Made by a program: the position numbers and the translations under genes. From Bacteroidales bacterium (GTDB lineage Bacteria; Bacteroidota; Bacteroidia; Bacteroidales; UBA932): a stretch of DNA of 64,000 bases. Location: positions 2,175 to 66,174 of the forward strand of contig JAQVRQ010000003.1 of NCBI GenBank assembly GCA_028700975.1, in the 5' to 3' direction. The notes below the pieces were generated by a model. It was not told the origin of the DNA. It worked only from the letters and a program-made list of their open reading frames with translations, and searched no databases. This document shows, piece after piece, positions 28,868-39,095 of this stretch. Positions within the stretch are counted from its first letter, which is position 1. Each line of letters opens with the position of its first letter.

Positions 28868-29440
28868 ATGTCTTGGGCAGAGATCATACTTTTGGCCATT
28901 GGTCTCTGCTTCGACACATTTGCGGTGTCGTTGTCATCCGGGATGTGTCTACCTCAAATTCCTAGGCTTTCTTTTGTTAGGATTGTATCTACCTTTGCCT
29001 CTGTCCAAGCTGTTTTTGCTTTAGCAGGGTGGTTTGCGGGCAATGCTCTCTTAACATTAATTAGCTCAGTTGATCACTGGATAGCATTTATTATTCTTTC
29101 ATATATTGGGTTGAAGATGATTAGAGAGAGTCTCTCCAATCCAGATGAACTCTGTCTAGATATTAGACAGCCAAAGATTCTTATAACGGCATCTGTAGCC
29201 ACTAGTATAGATGCTTTGGCTGTTGGTATTGGACTTGCAATGGCTTCACTTGATTTAGCAGAAATTTCTAAGAGTGCATTAATTATCTTTCTTTTTACAC
29301 TTCTCTCTTCCGTAATTGGTATAAAGTGGGGTAGGTACGTTGGTGTAAAAATTGGAAAACGTTCGGGAGTAATAGGTGGGTTTATACTCATAATTATAGG
29401 ATTAAAGATTTTGGTTGAGCATTTGGAAATTTTGAATTAA
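28868..29440 (+). CDS. mntP: Manganese efflux pump MntP family
   Basis: DTFAVS, DHWIAF, ATSIDALAVG, GGFILIIIG motifs. Confidence 0.88.
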   Translation: MSWAEIILLAIGLCFDTFAVSLSSGMCLPQIPRLSFVRIVSTFASVQAVFALAGWFAGNALLTLISSVDHWIAFIILSYIGLKMIRESLSNPDELCLDIRQPKILITASVATSIDALAVGIGLAMASLDLAEISKSALIIFLFTLLSSVIGIKWGRYVGVKIGKRSGVIGGFILIIIGLKILVEHLEILN

Positions 29441-29445
29441 CTTTG
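29438..29445 (+). promoter_or_regulatory. -7 element (TAACTTTG) directly before mqnA
   Basis: TAnnTTTG 6 nt upstream of ATG 29452. Confidence 0.55.
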
Positions 29446-29451
29446 CAGGAT

Positions 29452-30219
29452 ATGAAGGTTCGTGTATCTGCCATATCCTATTTGAATACAGCACCATTTG
29501 TGTATGGACTGGAGAATCATCCCGTATCAAGGATGATAGAACTTGAATTTGTACCTCCCTCAGTTACAGCTACTAAAGTAATTTCTGGAGAGGCAGATCT
29601 TGGACTTGTACCTGTTGCTGCAATTCCATATATTTCAAATCCATTTATTGTCTCTGATTACTGCATTGGTGCAGAGGGTAGTGTAGCATCTGTATTGCTC
29701 TGCAGCGGTAGAAGGGTTGAGGAGATTGAAAAAATTAACTTAGATACAGAATCCAGGACCTCTGTTTTGCTTACAAGAATTCTTTGTAAGAATTTCTGGA
29801 AAATTGCACCAGATTTTGTTGATTTTAATTTTCTTGAATCACATCTGGATGAAAATGAATCATATATATTAATTGGAGATAAAGCTCTATTAAATGCTTC
29901 TCGTTTTAAATATGTATATGATCTTGCTGAGGTTTGGATGGCATATAAACAACTTCCGTTTGTATTTGCCTGTTGGACTGCAAACAAAGAGCTTCCGGAA
30001 TCCTTTTTAAAATCTTTCAATGAAGCCCTTACTATGGGAATAAATAATGTTGAAAAGAGTGTTGAAAGGTTTGCCGGTCAGTTTGAAAGAGATTACGCTC
30101 TGAATTATTTGAAAAATAACATCTCGTATAATTTCACCGCAGATAAACGCAAAGGACTCTCCGAATTTTGGAGTCTTGCTCCTGACGAGCTTAAGTCCCG
30201 AGTCCGATGGTTTGGCTAA
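29452..30219 (+). CDS. mqnA: Chorismate dehydratase MqnA (futalosine menaquinone pathway)
   Basis: ISYLNTAP, GSVASV, SRTSVLL, LIGDKAL, DLAEVW and LPFVFACW motifs. Confidence 0.85.
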   Translation: MKVRVSAISYLNTAPFVYGLENHPVSRMIELEFVPPSVTATKVISGEADLGLVPVAAIPYISNPFIVSDYCIGAEGSVASVLLCSGRRVEEIEKINLDTESRTSVLLTRILCKNFWKIAPDFVDFNFLESHLDENESYILIGDKALLNASRFKYVYDLAEVWMAYKQLPFVFACWTANKELPESFLKSFNEALTMGINNVEKSVERFAGQFERDYALNYLKNNISYNFTADKRKGLSEFWSLAPDELKSRVRWFG

Positions 30220-30280
30220 TTTCACTCCCGAAGGCCGGGAGGTGGAGGATGAAGTTAAAAACCATTAAAGGGATGAGATC

Positions 30281-31243
30281 ATGCTTGAGATTTTTTACAA
30301 GAACAAAGGACAGGTAGTTACCACATCTGAGATAATATCACTAGACCAGCTTGGTTATGATGATGTTCTGTGGATTGACCTCTGGTCTCCATCAGGAGAT
30401 GAAAAGAGGGCTATTGAGACCTATCTGAATACAACCATTCAAAGTAGAGCGCAGGCAGAGGAGATTGAGAGCTCTTCAAGATATTCAGAGAACGAGACCA
30501 CCATATTCGCAAATACAAACTTTCTTATTCCTGCTCCAGATAACTATAGTATGGAAGCTGTCTCTTTTATACTTTGCGAAGGTATTATTGTTACAATAAG
30601 AAATGTACCATTAAGGAGTTTTACTGATATTCAGCGTAAGCTTGTGGCTAATTACAGGTTAATGCCAACAGGTTATCATATTCTAGTAGGGATTTTAGAA
30701 AATAGAATTGACCTTGATGCAGATATGATTGAGTTGATGTCAAAAGAGATTGCTCAGTATTCCAAAACTGTTTCGTTGGGAGGAGCTGTTAACGAGGAGT
30801 TTCTTCTTGAAATAACACAGTTACAGGAAAACACAATGCTAGTTAGGGAGAATATTGTTGATAAGCAGAGGATGATTTCCAGTATTCTTAAAAGCGATAA
30901 GTTTCCTAGAGACGTCTTTACAAAACTGAACATTCTTATGAGGGACGTAAGCTCTCTTATTAACCATACAAATTTCAGTTTTGAACGTTTGGAGTACCTG
31001 CAGAACACAGTTATTGGTCTTATTAATTTAGAGCAGAATAAACTTATGAGAATTTTTACATTTGTCTCTCTGCTTTTAATGCCACCTACTCTTATTGCCA
31101 GTATTTATGGAATGAATATAGTCCTTCCAATGTTTGGAGGAATTTACGATTTCATTCTGCTGATTGTGGTAATGCTCATATCTGTTCTCCTAGCCTCCCT
31201 ACTCTTCAGAATGAAAAGAAGGAGGGGCGGAGGACGATATTAA
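30281..31243 (+). CDS. corA: CorA-family Mg2+/Co2+ transporter
   Basis: LWIDL, EIESSSR and PPTLIASIYGMN (GMN motif). Confidence 0.92.
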   Translation: MLEIFYKNKGQVVTTSEIISLDQLGYDDVLWIDLWSPSGDEKRAIETYLNTTIQSRAQAEEIESSSRYSENETTIFANTNFLIPAPDNYSMEAVSFILCEGIIVTIRNVPLRSFTDIQRKLVANYRLMPTGYHILVGILENRIDLDADMIELMSKEIAQYSKTVSLGGAVNEEFLLEITQLQENTMLVRENIVDKQRMISSILKSDKFPRDVFTKLNILMRDVSSLINHTNFSFERLEYLQNTVIGLINLEQNKLMRIFTFVSLLLMPPTLIASIYGMNIVLPMFGGIYDFILLIVVMLISVLLASLLFRMKRRRGGGRY

Positions 31244-31249
31244 AATTCT

Positions 31250-32536
31250 CTAATTTTTCTTAACGATAAATTTGTTGTAGAGCCAGAGTGAAATCATGCT
31301 GAAGAGCCCTATTGCTGATAGAATTATCCATAATGCAGAGGGATTGTTAAGCTCATCTACATATTTAACGTATAGTCTTGATCCTAAAAATCCGCCGATG
31401 CTACTGCCAATTACTCCATAAAGAAATGAGTAACCCAGATATAATGCTTTTTTATCTGGCGGGGCAATAAGACCAATGTAGGAGATAAATTTTGGATGAG
31501 TAGTCATCTCTCCTAATGTGAATGTTACTATTCCTAGCATAAAAATCCAAGGGGTATTGGATATTGAAAGGATTAACATACCTATAGTTCCAAGCCCTAT
31601 TCCCGTTATCATTGTAGGGAGAGCGGCTCTCTTTTTAACAATATTTGATACAACAAGCTGTAGCAGAATAATTACACCTGCATTTATAACAGTAACGTGT
31701 TCAACATCAAATTTCCAGGAAGGATTTTCAACGAAAATGGCTAAAAAGGAGTTTACCGCATTATTAATGGGTGTCATATCCAGATAATCTCTGACATACC
31801 ACAAAACTGTTCCAAACATTTGAAAATATAGTATCCAGAAGCCAGAATAGAGGAATATCATTAGTATGAATCTCCAGTCCTTAAGGACAAGAAGCATTTC
31901 ACTAAGTACTACACCTATTGTTTTGTTGCTCTTTTCTCTATGTGGCTCTTTGTATATGAAAGTATTTACAAGAAAGAGAGCAAGAGCAACTATTGATGCC
32001 ATATAAAATATATAGCTGTATGATTCGGCCTTGAGTATTGGAACCAATATTAGCGGAAAAAGAAAGGCTCCCAGATTAATAGACCAGTAGAAGATTCCAA
32101 AACCCAATCCGGAATTGGATTCATTTGTGGATCTTGCAATTGTGCCGGAGATTACTGGTTTAAAGAATCCCGCTCCAAGTGCCATCAAAATAAGTGATAA
32201 GAAAACAAGGAAGTATGAGTTTGAGAGTCCGGTGAATCCATATCCAAGAATCATACAGGAAAATGCAAAAAAGAGGACTTTTCTGTAACCATATCTGTCT
32301 GCAATTGCTCCGGCAATAATTGGTAACAGGTAAAGGAGTGGAGGGATAGTTCCGAGAATTGCACCTGCCTGACTTTTTGTGAATCCCAATCCACCTTCAA
32401 TTGGCTCAAGTATTAGGAATACACCCAATACAGACATTACTCCATAATAAGCTCCCCTCTCAAGAAACTCCATACTTATAGCGGTCCAGAAGTTCCCGGG
32501 GAAGGATTTAATAGAAGATTTGTTCTCTTTTGTCAT
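31250..32536 (-). CDS. MFS transporter, POT/peptide-transporter-like
   Basis: EFLERGAYYG (ExxERxxYY), GAIADRYG, FKP, FYWSINLGA; 12 TM helices. Confidence 0.85.
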   Translation of the reverse strand: MTKENKSSIKSFPGNFWTAISMEFLERGAYYGVMSVLGVFLILEPIEGGLGFTKSQAGAILGTIPPLLYLLPIIAGAIADRYGYRKVLFFAFSCMILGYGFTGLSNSYFLVFLSLILMALGAGFFKPVISGTIARSTNESNSGLGFGIFYWSINLGAFLFPLILVPILKAESYSYIFYMASIVALALFLVNTFIYKEPHREKSNKTIGVVLSEMLLVLKDWRFILMIFLYSGFWILYFQMFGTVLWYVRDYLDMTPINNAVNSFLAIFVENPSWKFDVEHVTVINAGVIILLQLVVSNIVKKRAALPTMITGIGLGTIGMLILSISNTPWIFMLGIVTFTLGEMTTHPKFISYIGLIAPPDKKALYLGYSFLYGVIGSSIGGFLGSRLYVKYVDELNNPSALWIILSAIGLFSMISLWLYNKFIVKKN

Positions 32537-32631
32537 CTGCTTCTACTGTTTTATAAATTAAGAAGCCAAAGATAACTCCTTTTTGTTATGAGACAATGAG
32601 TTATTTATTTGTTGTTTTGTTAAAATATTCA

Positions 32632-32639
32632 TACTTTTG
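32632..32639 (+). promoter_or_regulatory. -7 element (TACTTTTG) for rpsA
   Basis: TAnnTTTG match; a divergent TATCTTTG for the MFS gene is at 32567-32574 (-). Confidence 0.65.
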
Positions 32640-32702
32640 CACCTCCTTTTATAGGGATTATAAATAAAGTCTAACTACTTGTAGAACAAACACTTATTTG
32701 AC

Positions 32703-34613
32703 ATGACAAAAGAGATTAAGGAAATTGAAAATGATGACCAGATAGAGGTTATCGCCAAAAATGATGAGAAGCTAGAGGCTTTCATCGAGGAAGAGACAGC
32801 TGAAGAGACTGTTATTCCTAAAAAGAGAAAAAGTAATGTTTCTGTTCCGGTTGATAAATTTGATTGGGATACATTTGAAACAGAGAGTGTATATGACAAC
32901 GATAAAAAAGTCATTGAAGATCTTTATGATCAGACACTTTCAAAAGTGAGCGAGAATGAGGTGGTAGAGGGAACAGTAGTATCTTTCAACAAGAGAGAGG
33001 TTATTGTAAATATCGGCTACAAGAGCGAAGGTGTAATCAGTATTAACGAATTCCGTTATAACCCTGAGCTTGCAGCTGGTGATAAAGTTGAAGTATATGT
33101 AGAAAACGCCGAGGACAAAAAGGGTCAGCTGATTCTTTCTCACAAAAAGGCACGTTCACTACGTTCGTGGGATCGTGTTAACGAAGCGTTTGATAAAGAT
33201 GAAATTGTTAAGGGCTACATTAAGTGCAGAACTAAAGGTGGTATGATTGTGGATGTGTTTGGTATTGAAGCATTCTTGCCAGGTTCTCAAATTGATGTTA
33301 AGCCTATAAGAGATTACGATATATATGTTAACAAGACAATGGAGTTTAAGATTGTAAAAATCAATCACGAATTCCGTAATGTTGTTGTTTCTCATAAGGC
33401 ACTTATTGAGGCAGAACTTGAGGCTCAGAAAGCAGATATAATCGGCAAACTGGAGAAAGGTCAGATTCTTGAGGGTGTTGTTAAGAACATTACATCTTAT
33501 GGTGTATTTATTGACCTAGGTGGTGTTGATGGTCTTATCCACATTACAGATCTTTCCTGGGGTAGAATCAACCATCCGGAAGAGGTTGTACAACTTGATC
33601 AGAAGATTAATGTTGTTATTCTTGACTTTGATGATACAAAGAAAAGAATTGCACTTGGTCTTAAGCAGCTTAGCGCACACCCTTGGGATGCACTTGATTC
33701 AAATCTTCAAGTTGGTGACAAGGTTACAGGTAAGGTTGTTGTTATTGCAGATTACGGTGCATTTATTGAAATTCAGCCTGGTGTTGAAGGACTTATTCAC
33801 GTTTCAGAAATGTCTTGGTCTCTTCACCTTCGTAGCGCTCAGGACTTCCTTAAAGTTGGAGATGAAGTTGAAGCGGTTATCCTTACACTTGATCGCGATG
33901 AGAGAAAGATGTCTCTTGGAATCAAGCAACTTAAAAATGACCCTTGGGCTACTATCGCTGAGAAGTATCCTGTTGGTACAAAGTGTACAGCAACTGTTCG
34001 TAACTTCACAAACTTTGGTGTATTTGTTGAACTTGAAGAGGGAGTTGACGGATTGGTTCACATTAGTGACCTCTCTTGGACTAAAAAGGTTAAACATCCA
34101 TCTGAATTTACATCAGTAGGAGAAAAGCTAGAGGTTGTCGTTCTTGAGGTAGATCAGGAAAATCGTCGTTTAAGTCTTGGACACAAACAGCTTGAGGAGA
34201 ATCCTTGGGATGTATTTGAGTCTGTATTTACAACTGGCTCAGTGCACGAAGGCACTGTGATTGCTTTTGTTGATAAGGGTGCTTCTGTAGCTCTTCAATA
34301 TGGTGTTGAGGGTTATGTAAGTATGAGAAATCTCGTTAAAGAGGATGGATCAACAGCAAAACTAGAAGAGAAACTTGACTTTAAAGTTTTGGAGTTTAAC
34401 AAGTCTACTAAGAGAATTGTCCTTTCTCACACAAAAATAAACGAAGAGACAAAGAAAGAAGAGGTAAGAGAGAAGATTGATGAAGGAGATTCTACTCAAA
34501 AGGCTGTTAAGAAACTTAAAGCAAATCTTGAAAAGACAACACTTGGCGATATTAGCGAACTAGCAGCTCTTAAGAGCGAAATGGAAAGCAAAGAAGAGGC
34601 CGAAAACAATTAA
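32703..34613 (+). CDS. rpsA: 30S ribosomal protein S1
   Basis: Six S1 repeats (GYKSEG, AFLPGSQID, GLIHITDLSW, GLIHVSEMSW, GLVHISDLSW); C-terminal KTTLGD. Confidence 0.97.
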   Translation: MTKEIKEIENDDQIEVIAKNDEKLEAFIEEETAEETVIPKKRKSNVSVPVDKFDWDTFETESVYDNDKKVIEDLYDQTLSKVSENEVVEGTVVSFNKREVIVNIGYKSEGVISINEFRYNPELAAGDKVEVYVENAEDKKGQLILSHKKARSLRSWDRVNEAFDKDEIVKGYIKCRTKGGMIVDVFGIEAFLPGSQIDVKPIRDYDIYVNKTMEFKIVKINHEFRNVVVSHKALIEAELEAQKADIIGKLEKGQILEGVVKNITSYGVFIDLGGVDGLIHITDLSWGRINHPEEVVQLDQKINVVILDFDDTKKRIALGLKQLSAHPWDALDSNLQVGDKVTGKVVVIADYGAFIEIQPGVEGLIHVSEMSWSLHLRSAQDFLKVGDEVEAVILTLDRDERKMSLGIKQLKNDPWATIAEKYPVGTKCTATVRNFTNFGVFVELEEGVDGLVHISDLSWTKKVKHPSEFTSVGEKLEVVVLEVDQENRRLSLGHKQLEENPWDVFESVFTTGSVHEGTVIAFVDKGASVALQYGVEGYVSMRNLVKEDGSTAKLEEKLDFKVLEFNKSTKRIVLSHTKINEETKKEEVREKIDEGDSTQKAVKKLKANLEKTTLGDISELAALKSEMESKEEAENN

Positions 34614-35536
34614 TGAACTTTACACTGACAACTTTGGGTACTGCTTCGGCACTACCTACGGTGAACAGGTATCCAAGCGCTCATGTTCTAAATGTTCATG
34701 AGCGTTTGTTCTTAATTGACTGCGGAGAGGGATGCCAGATGCAGCTTAGAAGATATGGGTTTTCGTTTCTTAAAATTAACGAGATATTCATAACACACGT
34801 TCACGGAGACCACATATTCGGTCTCTATGGGCTTCTCTCGACTATGTCATTACTTGGAAGAAGTGCAGATCTCTATATATATGCTCCGGATACTTTTTCA
34901 TCAATTTTAGAATCTTTAATTCTCCATTTTGGAGCTCAATTTAAATATCAGGTCATTCATAAAGTTGTCTCCGGCAATCTACCACAAAAGATTTTCGATA
35001 CAAAGAGTGTTGAGGTAATATCTTTTCCGTTGAATCACCGAACTTCTTGCTATGGCTATTATTTTAAAGAGAAACAACCACTAAGGAATGTTCATAAATT
35101 TTTAATTGAAAAGTATAATCTCTCTTTAAGGGAGATAGCAATACTTAAGGGAGGTACTGATGTCTTGAGGGAAAATGGTGAAGTTTTATTGTATGATGAA
35201 CTTACCTATACTCCTTATATACCAAGATCTTTTGCATACTGTTCAGATACAGCCCCATTCCCACAATTAGAAGAGTGGGTAAGAGGTGTAGATCTTTTGT
35301 ATCACGAGGCTACTTTCCTGGAGGATAATAAAAAAACAGCGCAATTAACTTATCACTCTACAGCAAAAAATGCTGCTACAGTTGCGAAAAACTCAGGTGC
35401 AAAAAGATTAATTATTGGTCATTTCTCTTCCAGATATAAAGATTTATCCCTGTATGAAAAAGAGGCAAAAGAGATTTTTTCAGAAAGTTATATTGCAAAA
35501 GAGGGCATAGTTATTGAAATACCAGTTAAGAAATAA
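34613..35536 (+). CDS. rnz: Ribonuclease Z
   Basis: LGTASALP, DCGEG, THVHGDH, CSDT, YHEATF, HST, HFSSRY motifs. Confidence 0.93.
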   Translation: MNFTLTTLGTASALPTVNRYPSAHVLNVHERLFLIDCGEGCQMQLRRYGFSFLKINEIFITHVHGDHIFGLYGLLSTMSLLGRSADLYIYAPDTFSSILESLILHFGAQFKYQVIHKVVSGNLPQKIFDTKSVEVISFPLNHRTSCYGYYFKEKQPLRNVHKFLIEKYNLSLREIAILKGGTDVLRENGEVLLYDELTYTPYIPRSFAYCSDTAPFPQLEEWVRGVDLLYHEATFLEDNKKTAQLTYHSTAKNAATVAKNSGAKRLIIGHFSSRYKDLSLYEKEAKEIFSESYIAKEGIVIEIPVKK

Positions 35537-35542
35537 GCTAAT

Positions 35543-37126
35543 ATGAAAAATAGATTAACACCAGTTTTACTAACAATAGCTTTGACGCTATCTTCTATTA
35601 CTCTCTTTGCTCAAAACCACTCATCTCTTGGAGGTCATATAAATAAATTTGGTCAGGCGCTTTTCTATATTAATCAATACTATATTGATACTGTTAATAA
35701 CGAAAACCTTGTTGGAAATGCAATTAAAGAGGTTTTAAGTCAACTTGATCCACACTCCTCTTATATTTCATCATCTGAAGTAAAGGCTATGAATGAACCT
35801 CTTGAAGGAAACTTTGAGGGTGTAGGGATAGAGTTTTCAATTATTAGAGATACTCTAACTGTGGTTAATCCGGTATCAGGAGGTCCGAGTGAGAGAGTTG
35901 GTATAAGAGCAGGAGATAAGATTGTTGTAGTGGATGGGGAGAAAATTGCATCTACAAATCTCACTAATGAAAGGGTATACAAATATCTGAGAGGTGCTAA
36001 GGGCACCAGAGTAAAACTGGGAGTATTAAGAAGGGGGGTAGAGGATGAACTATCTTTTGAAGTGGTTAGAGACAAGATTCCTATTAATAGTGTTGACGTT
36101 GTCTATGAGCCTGCAAAAGGTATTTTGTATATTAAACTTAGTAGATTCTCAGCTACATCTGCAGAGGAGATTTCATCAGCCGTAAGGGCATTTGGAGAGA
36201 GAAAATGGAGTGGTGTAGTACTCGATCTAAGAGGTAACACTGGTGGATATCTTGGAACAGCCTTTGAAATTACCAATATGTTTTTGGAGAAGGGGCAAAC
36301 AATTGTATATACTGAAGGGAGAAGTATTCCCAAAATGGTGGAGTATGCGAATGGAAATGGACTATTTAAAAACGAGAAACTTGCAGTTCTTATTGACGAG
36401 GGATCAGCCTCAGCAAGCGAAATACTTGCCGGAGCTGTTCAGGATTGGGACAGGGGTGTTATAATTGGAAGAAGATCATTTGGCAAAGGTCTTGTGCAAC
36501 AAATGCTTCCCTTGCCTGATGGTTCACAAATGAGATTAACTATAGCTAGATATCATACTCCATCGGGAAGGGTAATACAATCTCCATACGAGGAGGGAGC
36601 TGCTGACAAATATTACAGATCTCTTTATGAGAGATATTCCAGAGGTGAGTATTTTAGCAGAGATAGTATACATTTTCCGGATTCGCTTAAATATAAAACT
36701 TTAGTTAAAGAGAGAGAGGTGTATGGTGGAGGCGGAATAATGCCCGATATTTTTATCCCAGCTGACACAACCGGCTACTCAAACTATTATGGTACAATCG
36801 CCAGAAAAGGAATCATTTTGGATTATATGAACGATCTATCTGATAAAAATAGAGATAATTGGAAAGCTACCTTTAATGATTTTGATACTTTTGTCAAAGA
36901 ATTTGATTTTGATAGAGCAATTCTCTATGGTTTAGCTGATTATGCAGAGATGAGAGGTGTCCCAAAAAGCCCAGAACAATTTGAAATATCTAAAAAAGAG
37001 ATTGAAATTTTTGTTAAGGCTTTAGCTGCCAGATCTCTTTTTGGAGCAGAGGGATATTACCGCATTGTAAATTTTGGAGGTGACGAGGTGTTTGAGGTTG
37101 GTCTTAAAGAGGTTATCGGATATTAA
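35543..37126 (+). CDS. S41 carboxy-terminal processing protease (CtpA/Prc-like) with PDZ domain
   Basis: LDPHS, FEGVGI PDZ, DLRGNTGG, SASASE, FGKGLVQ motifs. Confidence 0.92.
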   Translation: MKNRLTPVLLTIALTLSSITLFAQNHSSLGGHINKFGQALFYINQYYIDTVNNENLVGNAIKEVLSQLDPHSSYISSSEVKAMNEPLEGNFEGVGIEFSIIRDTLTVVNPVSGGPSERVGIRAGDKIVVVDGEKIASTNLTNERVYKYLRGAKGTRVKLGVLRRGVEDELSFEVVRDKIPINSVDVVYEPAKGILYIKLSRFSATSAEEISSAVRAFGERKWSGVVLDLRGNTGGYLGTAFEITNMFLEKGQTIVYTEGRSIPKMVEYANGNGLFKNEKLAVLIDEGSASASEILAGAVQDWDRGVIIGRRSFGKGLVQQMLPLPDGSQMRLTIARYHTPSGRVIQSPYEEGAADKYYRSLYERYSRGEYFSRDSIHFPDSLKYKTLVKEREVYGGGGIMPDIFIPADTTGYSNYYGTIARKGIILDYMNDLSDKNRDNWKATFNDFDTFVKEFDFDRAILYGLADYAEMRGVPKSPEQFEISKKEIEIFVKALAARSLFGAEGYYRIVNFGGDEVFEVGLKEVIGY

Positions 37127-38132
37127 GTCTGTTGAGTGCTCTTTGGTAAGCTTTTGCCTTTTTGTTGTGCTCAGAGAGTGTCTCTGAAAAGGAATGTGTT
37201 CCATCAAGAGTCTCCTTTGCACAGAAGTAGAGATATTTGTGTTTAGAGCTGTTTAGCACACCGTCAATTGCTTCCGTTGGAGGAATCGTGATTGGTCCTG
37301 GAGGTAATCCTTTAATCTTGTATGTATTATACGGCGAATCTGTTTCAAGATGCTTGTAGAGAATGCGTTTAAGAGCAAAGTCTCCAAGAGCATATTTAAC
37401 AGTAGGATCTGCTTGTAGTGGCATCCCTTTTTTTATTCTGTTCAGATAGACACCGGCAATTATCTGGTATTCACCCTTAATATTACTCTCTTCTGAAACT
37501 ATTGACGCAAGCGTAATAACTTGTTGTGGAGTTAACCCCATTTTCAATGCTTTTTGTTCTCTATCTCCTTTCCAAAAAAGATCATACTCTCTCTTAAATC
37601 TTATGGCTATCTCTTTTGGAGAGGCTGTCCAGAACATCTGATATGTGTTTGGAATAAACATTCCAATAAAATTCTTACTATCAAAACCCATTGATTCAGC
37701 AATAGAATCATTATTTAGCATATTAAGGAGAGATAGTGAATCTGACCTCATACTTTTTGAGAGAATTGCTGCCAGTCTCTCTTTGGTTCTGATATTTCCT
37801 GATAGTGTTATATTTACAGGAGTCTGCCATCCATATTTAACCATTCTTGCAATTTCCCTGTTCCCCATCCCGAGGACCAATTTATATCTGCCAGGTTCTG
37901 CAACAGATAGTTTCTCCATTTTGGCTGCAGTTCTGAGGGATTTTGTTTTCCTTAATAATCCGGATGAGTCAATTAATTCAAAAAAATCTTCAGGTGTGCT
38001 CTTTTCATATATGTAAATGTATCCCTCTTTGTATATATTATCCCTGTAGAGGGTATTGTAAATATTAAGCAGCAAAAATCCGGCTGCAATAAAGAGGAGA
38101 CCGGCCGTTACCGCAACAAATTTTCTCGTCAT
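37113..38132 (-). CDS. mltG: Endolytic transglycosylase MltG
   Basis: N-terminal TM; LASIVSEE, VYLNR, MPLQADPT, SPYNTY and GLPPGPI motifs. Confidence 0.93.
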   Translation of the reverse strand: MTRKFVAVTAGLLFIAAGFLLLNIYNTLYRDNIYKEGYIYIYEKSTPEDFFELIDSSGLLRKTKSLRTAAKMEKLSVAEPGRYKLVLGMGNREIARMVKYGWQTPVNITLSGNIRTKERLAAILSKSMRSDSLSLLNMLNNDSIAESMGFDSKNFIGMFIPNTYQMFWTASPKEIAIRFKREYDLFWKGDREQKALKMGLTPQQVITLASIVSEESNIKGEYQIIAGVYLNRIKKGMPLQADPTVKYALGDFALKRILYKHLETDSPYNTYKIKGLPPGPITIPPTEAIDGVLNSSKHKYLYFCAKETLDGTHSFSETLSEHNKKAKAYQRALNRLNIR

Positions 38133-38135
38133 CAC

Positions 38136-39074
38136 TTACCTTAGTTTTAATATTGTACCAGGCACTGGCTCATCGCCTGCCTTTAATTTATTCATCTTTC
38201 TGAGATGTTTTAGCTTTATGGCATATCTTTGAGAAAGTTCCAGTGTTGTTTCACCTGCATCTACAACGTGACTGGTAAGCATTGGCTCTGCTCTTCTCTT
38301 TTTGCCCTCAAGATAAACGATACTTCCCGGAATTAGAGATGAGCCTCTTTCTGCATCATTGAATCTTTGTAGCTCACGTTTGAAGAGTTTAAAGTCAGAA
38401 GCAAGGGATTCCCAGCTTTCTCCCTCTGCTGAAATTACATAAGGGACACCATTCTTTTCCAGAATTTTTCTGGAGAGTGAGATTTGATATAGTGAGGTGC
38501 CTGAGGGAATAAGATACTCTCTCTCTTGCTCAAGTTGAGAAGGTGGCGGTGGAGTAAAGCCAGCTATATTATCATATTTGTACAACTGGAAATCTTCGAT
38601 AATTTTAATAAGGAGTTGTGGGTATGAAGGATTAGTTGCATATCCTGCTTTTTTGAGGCCATAGGCCCATCCTTTGTAATCTTGAGGATCCAGATCAAAT
38701 AGAAATTTATATCTGTCCCTGAATCTTAAAAATTCTGAATGGTCTCTGAATGAGTCTTCTGCTATGTTATATTTTCTGAAACACTCATTTTTTTCATCAT
38801 CATCCTGATAAATTCTTTTACCATCCCAGTTATGACATTTAATACCAAAATGGTTATTGCCCTCTCGGGCCAGTCTGGAGTTACCATCACCAGACTCAAG
38901 ACAAGCCTGCGCAAGAGTAATACTTGCAGGAATGCCGTACTTATGCATATTCTTTATTGCAAGCTCTTTATATGTTTCAATATATTGAATCCTTGGTATT
39001 CTTTGTGCCTCCATAACGTATGTAAACAGCAAAGTAGCCATAAGAGTCAAAATACCCTTTTGTAAATAATTCAT
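38136..39074 (-). CDS. GH73 glucosaminidase with C-terminal LysM domains
   Basis: IPASITLAQACLES, NNHFGIKC, GYAT; LysM-like tail. Confidence 0.9.
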   Translation of the reverse strand: MNYLQKGILTLMATLLFTYVMEAQRIPRIQYIETYKELAIKNMHKYGIPASITLAQACLESGDGNSRLAREGNNHFGIKCHNWDGKRIYQDDDEKNECFRKYNIAEDSFRDHSEFLRFRDRYKFLFDLDPQDYKGWAYGLKKAGYATNPSYPQLLIKIIEDFQLYKYDNIAGFTPPPPSQLEQEREYLIPSGTSLYQISLSRKILEKNGVPYVISAEGESWESLASDFKLFKRELQRFNDAERGSSLIPGSIVYLEGKKRRAEPMLTSHVVDAGETTLELSQRYAIKLKHLRKMNKLKAGDEPVPGTILKLR

Positions 39075-39095
39075 AGTGGAAATGTCTCAGTTGTG

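Noticed and set aside
30182-30268. Protein-like +1 frame running past the mqnA stop (possible frameshift extension)
   Set aside because: MqnA is already full length, and no slippery site or ATG was seen in that frame.
32640-32656. CACCTCCTTT in the rpsA leader resembling the 16S anti-SD tail
   Set aside because: It straddles the expected TSS, and TTTGCACC is a common continuation of Bacteroidota promoters; probably coincidental, although it forms a small hairpin with AGGGA.
33520-34119. 199-aa alternative-frame ORF inside rpsA
   Set aside because: Leu-rich shadow frame produced by the strong codon bias of a highly expressed gene.
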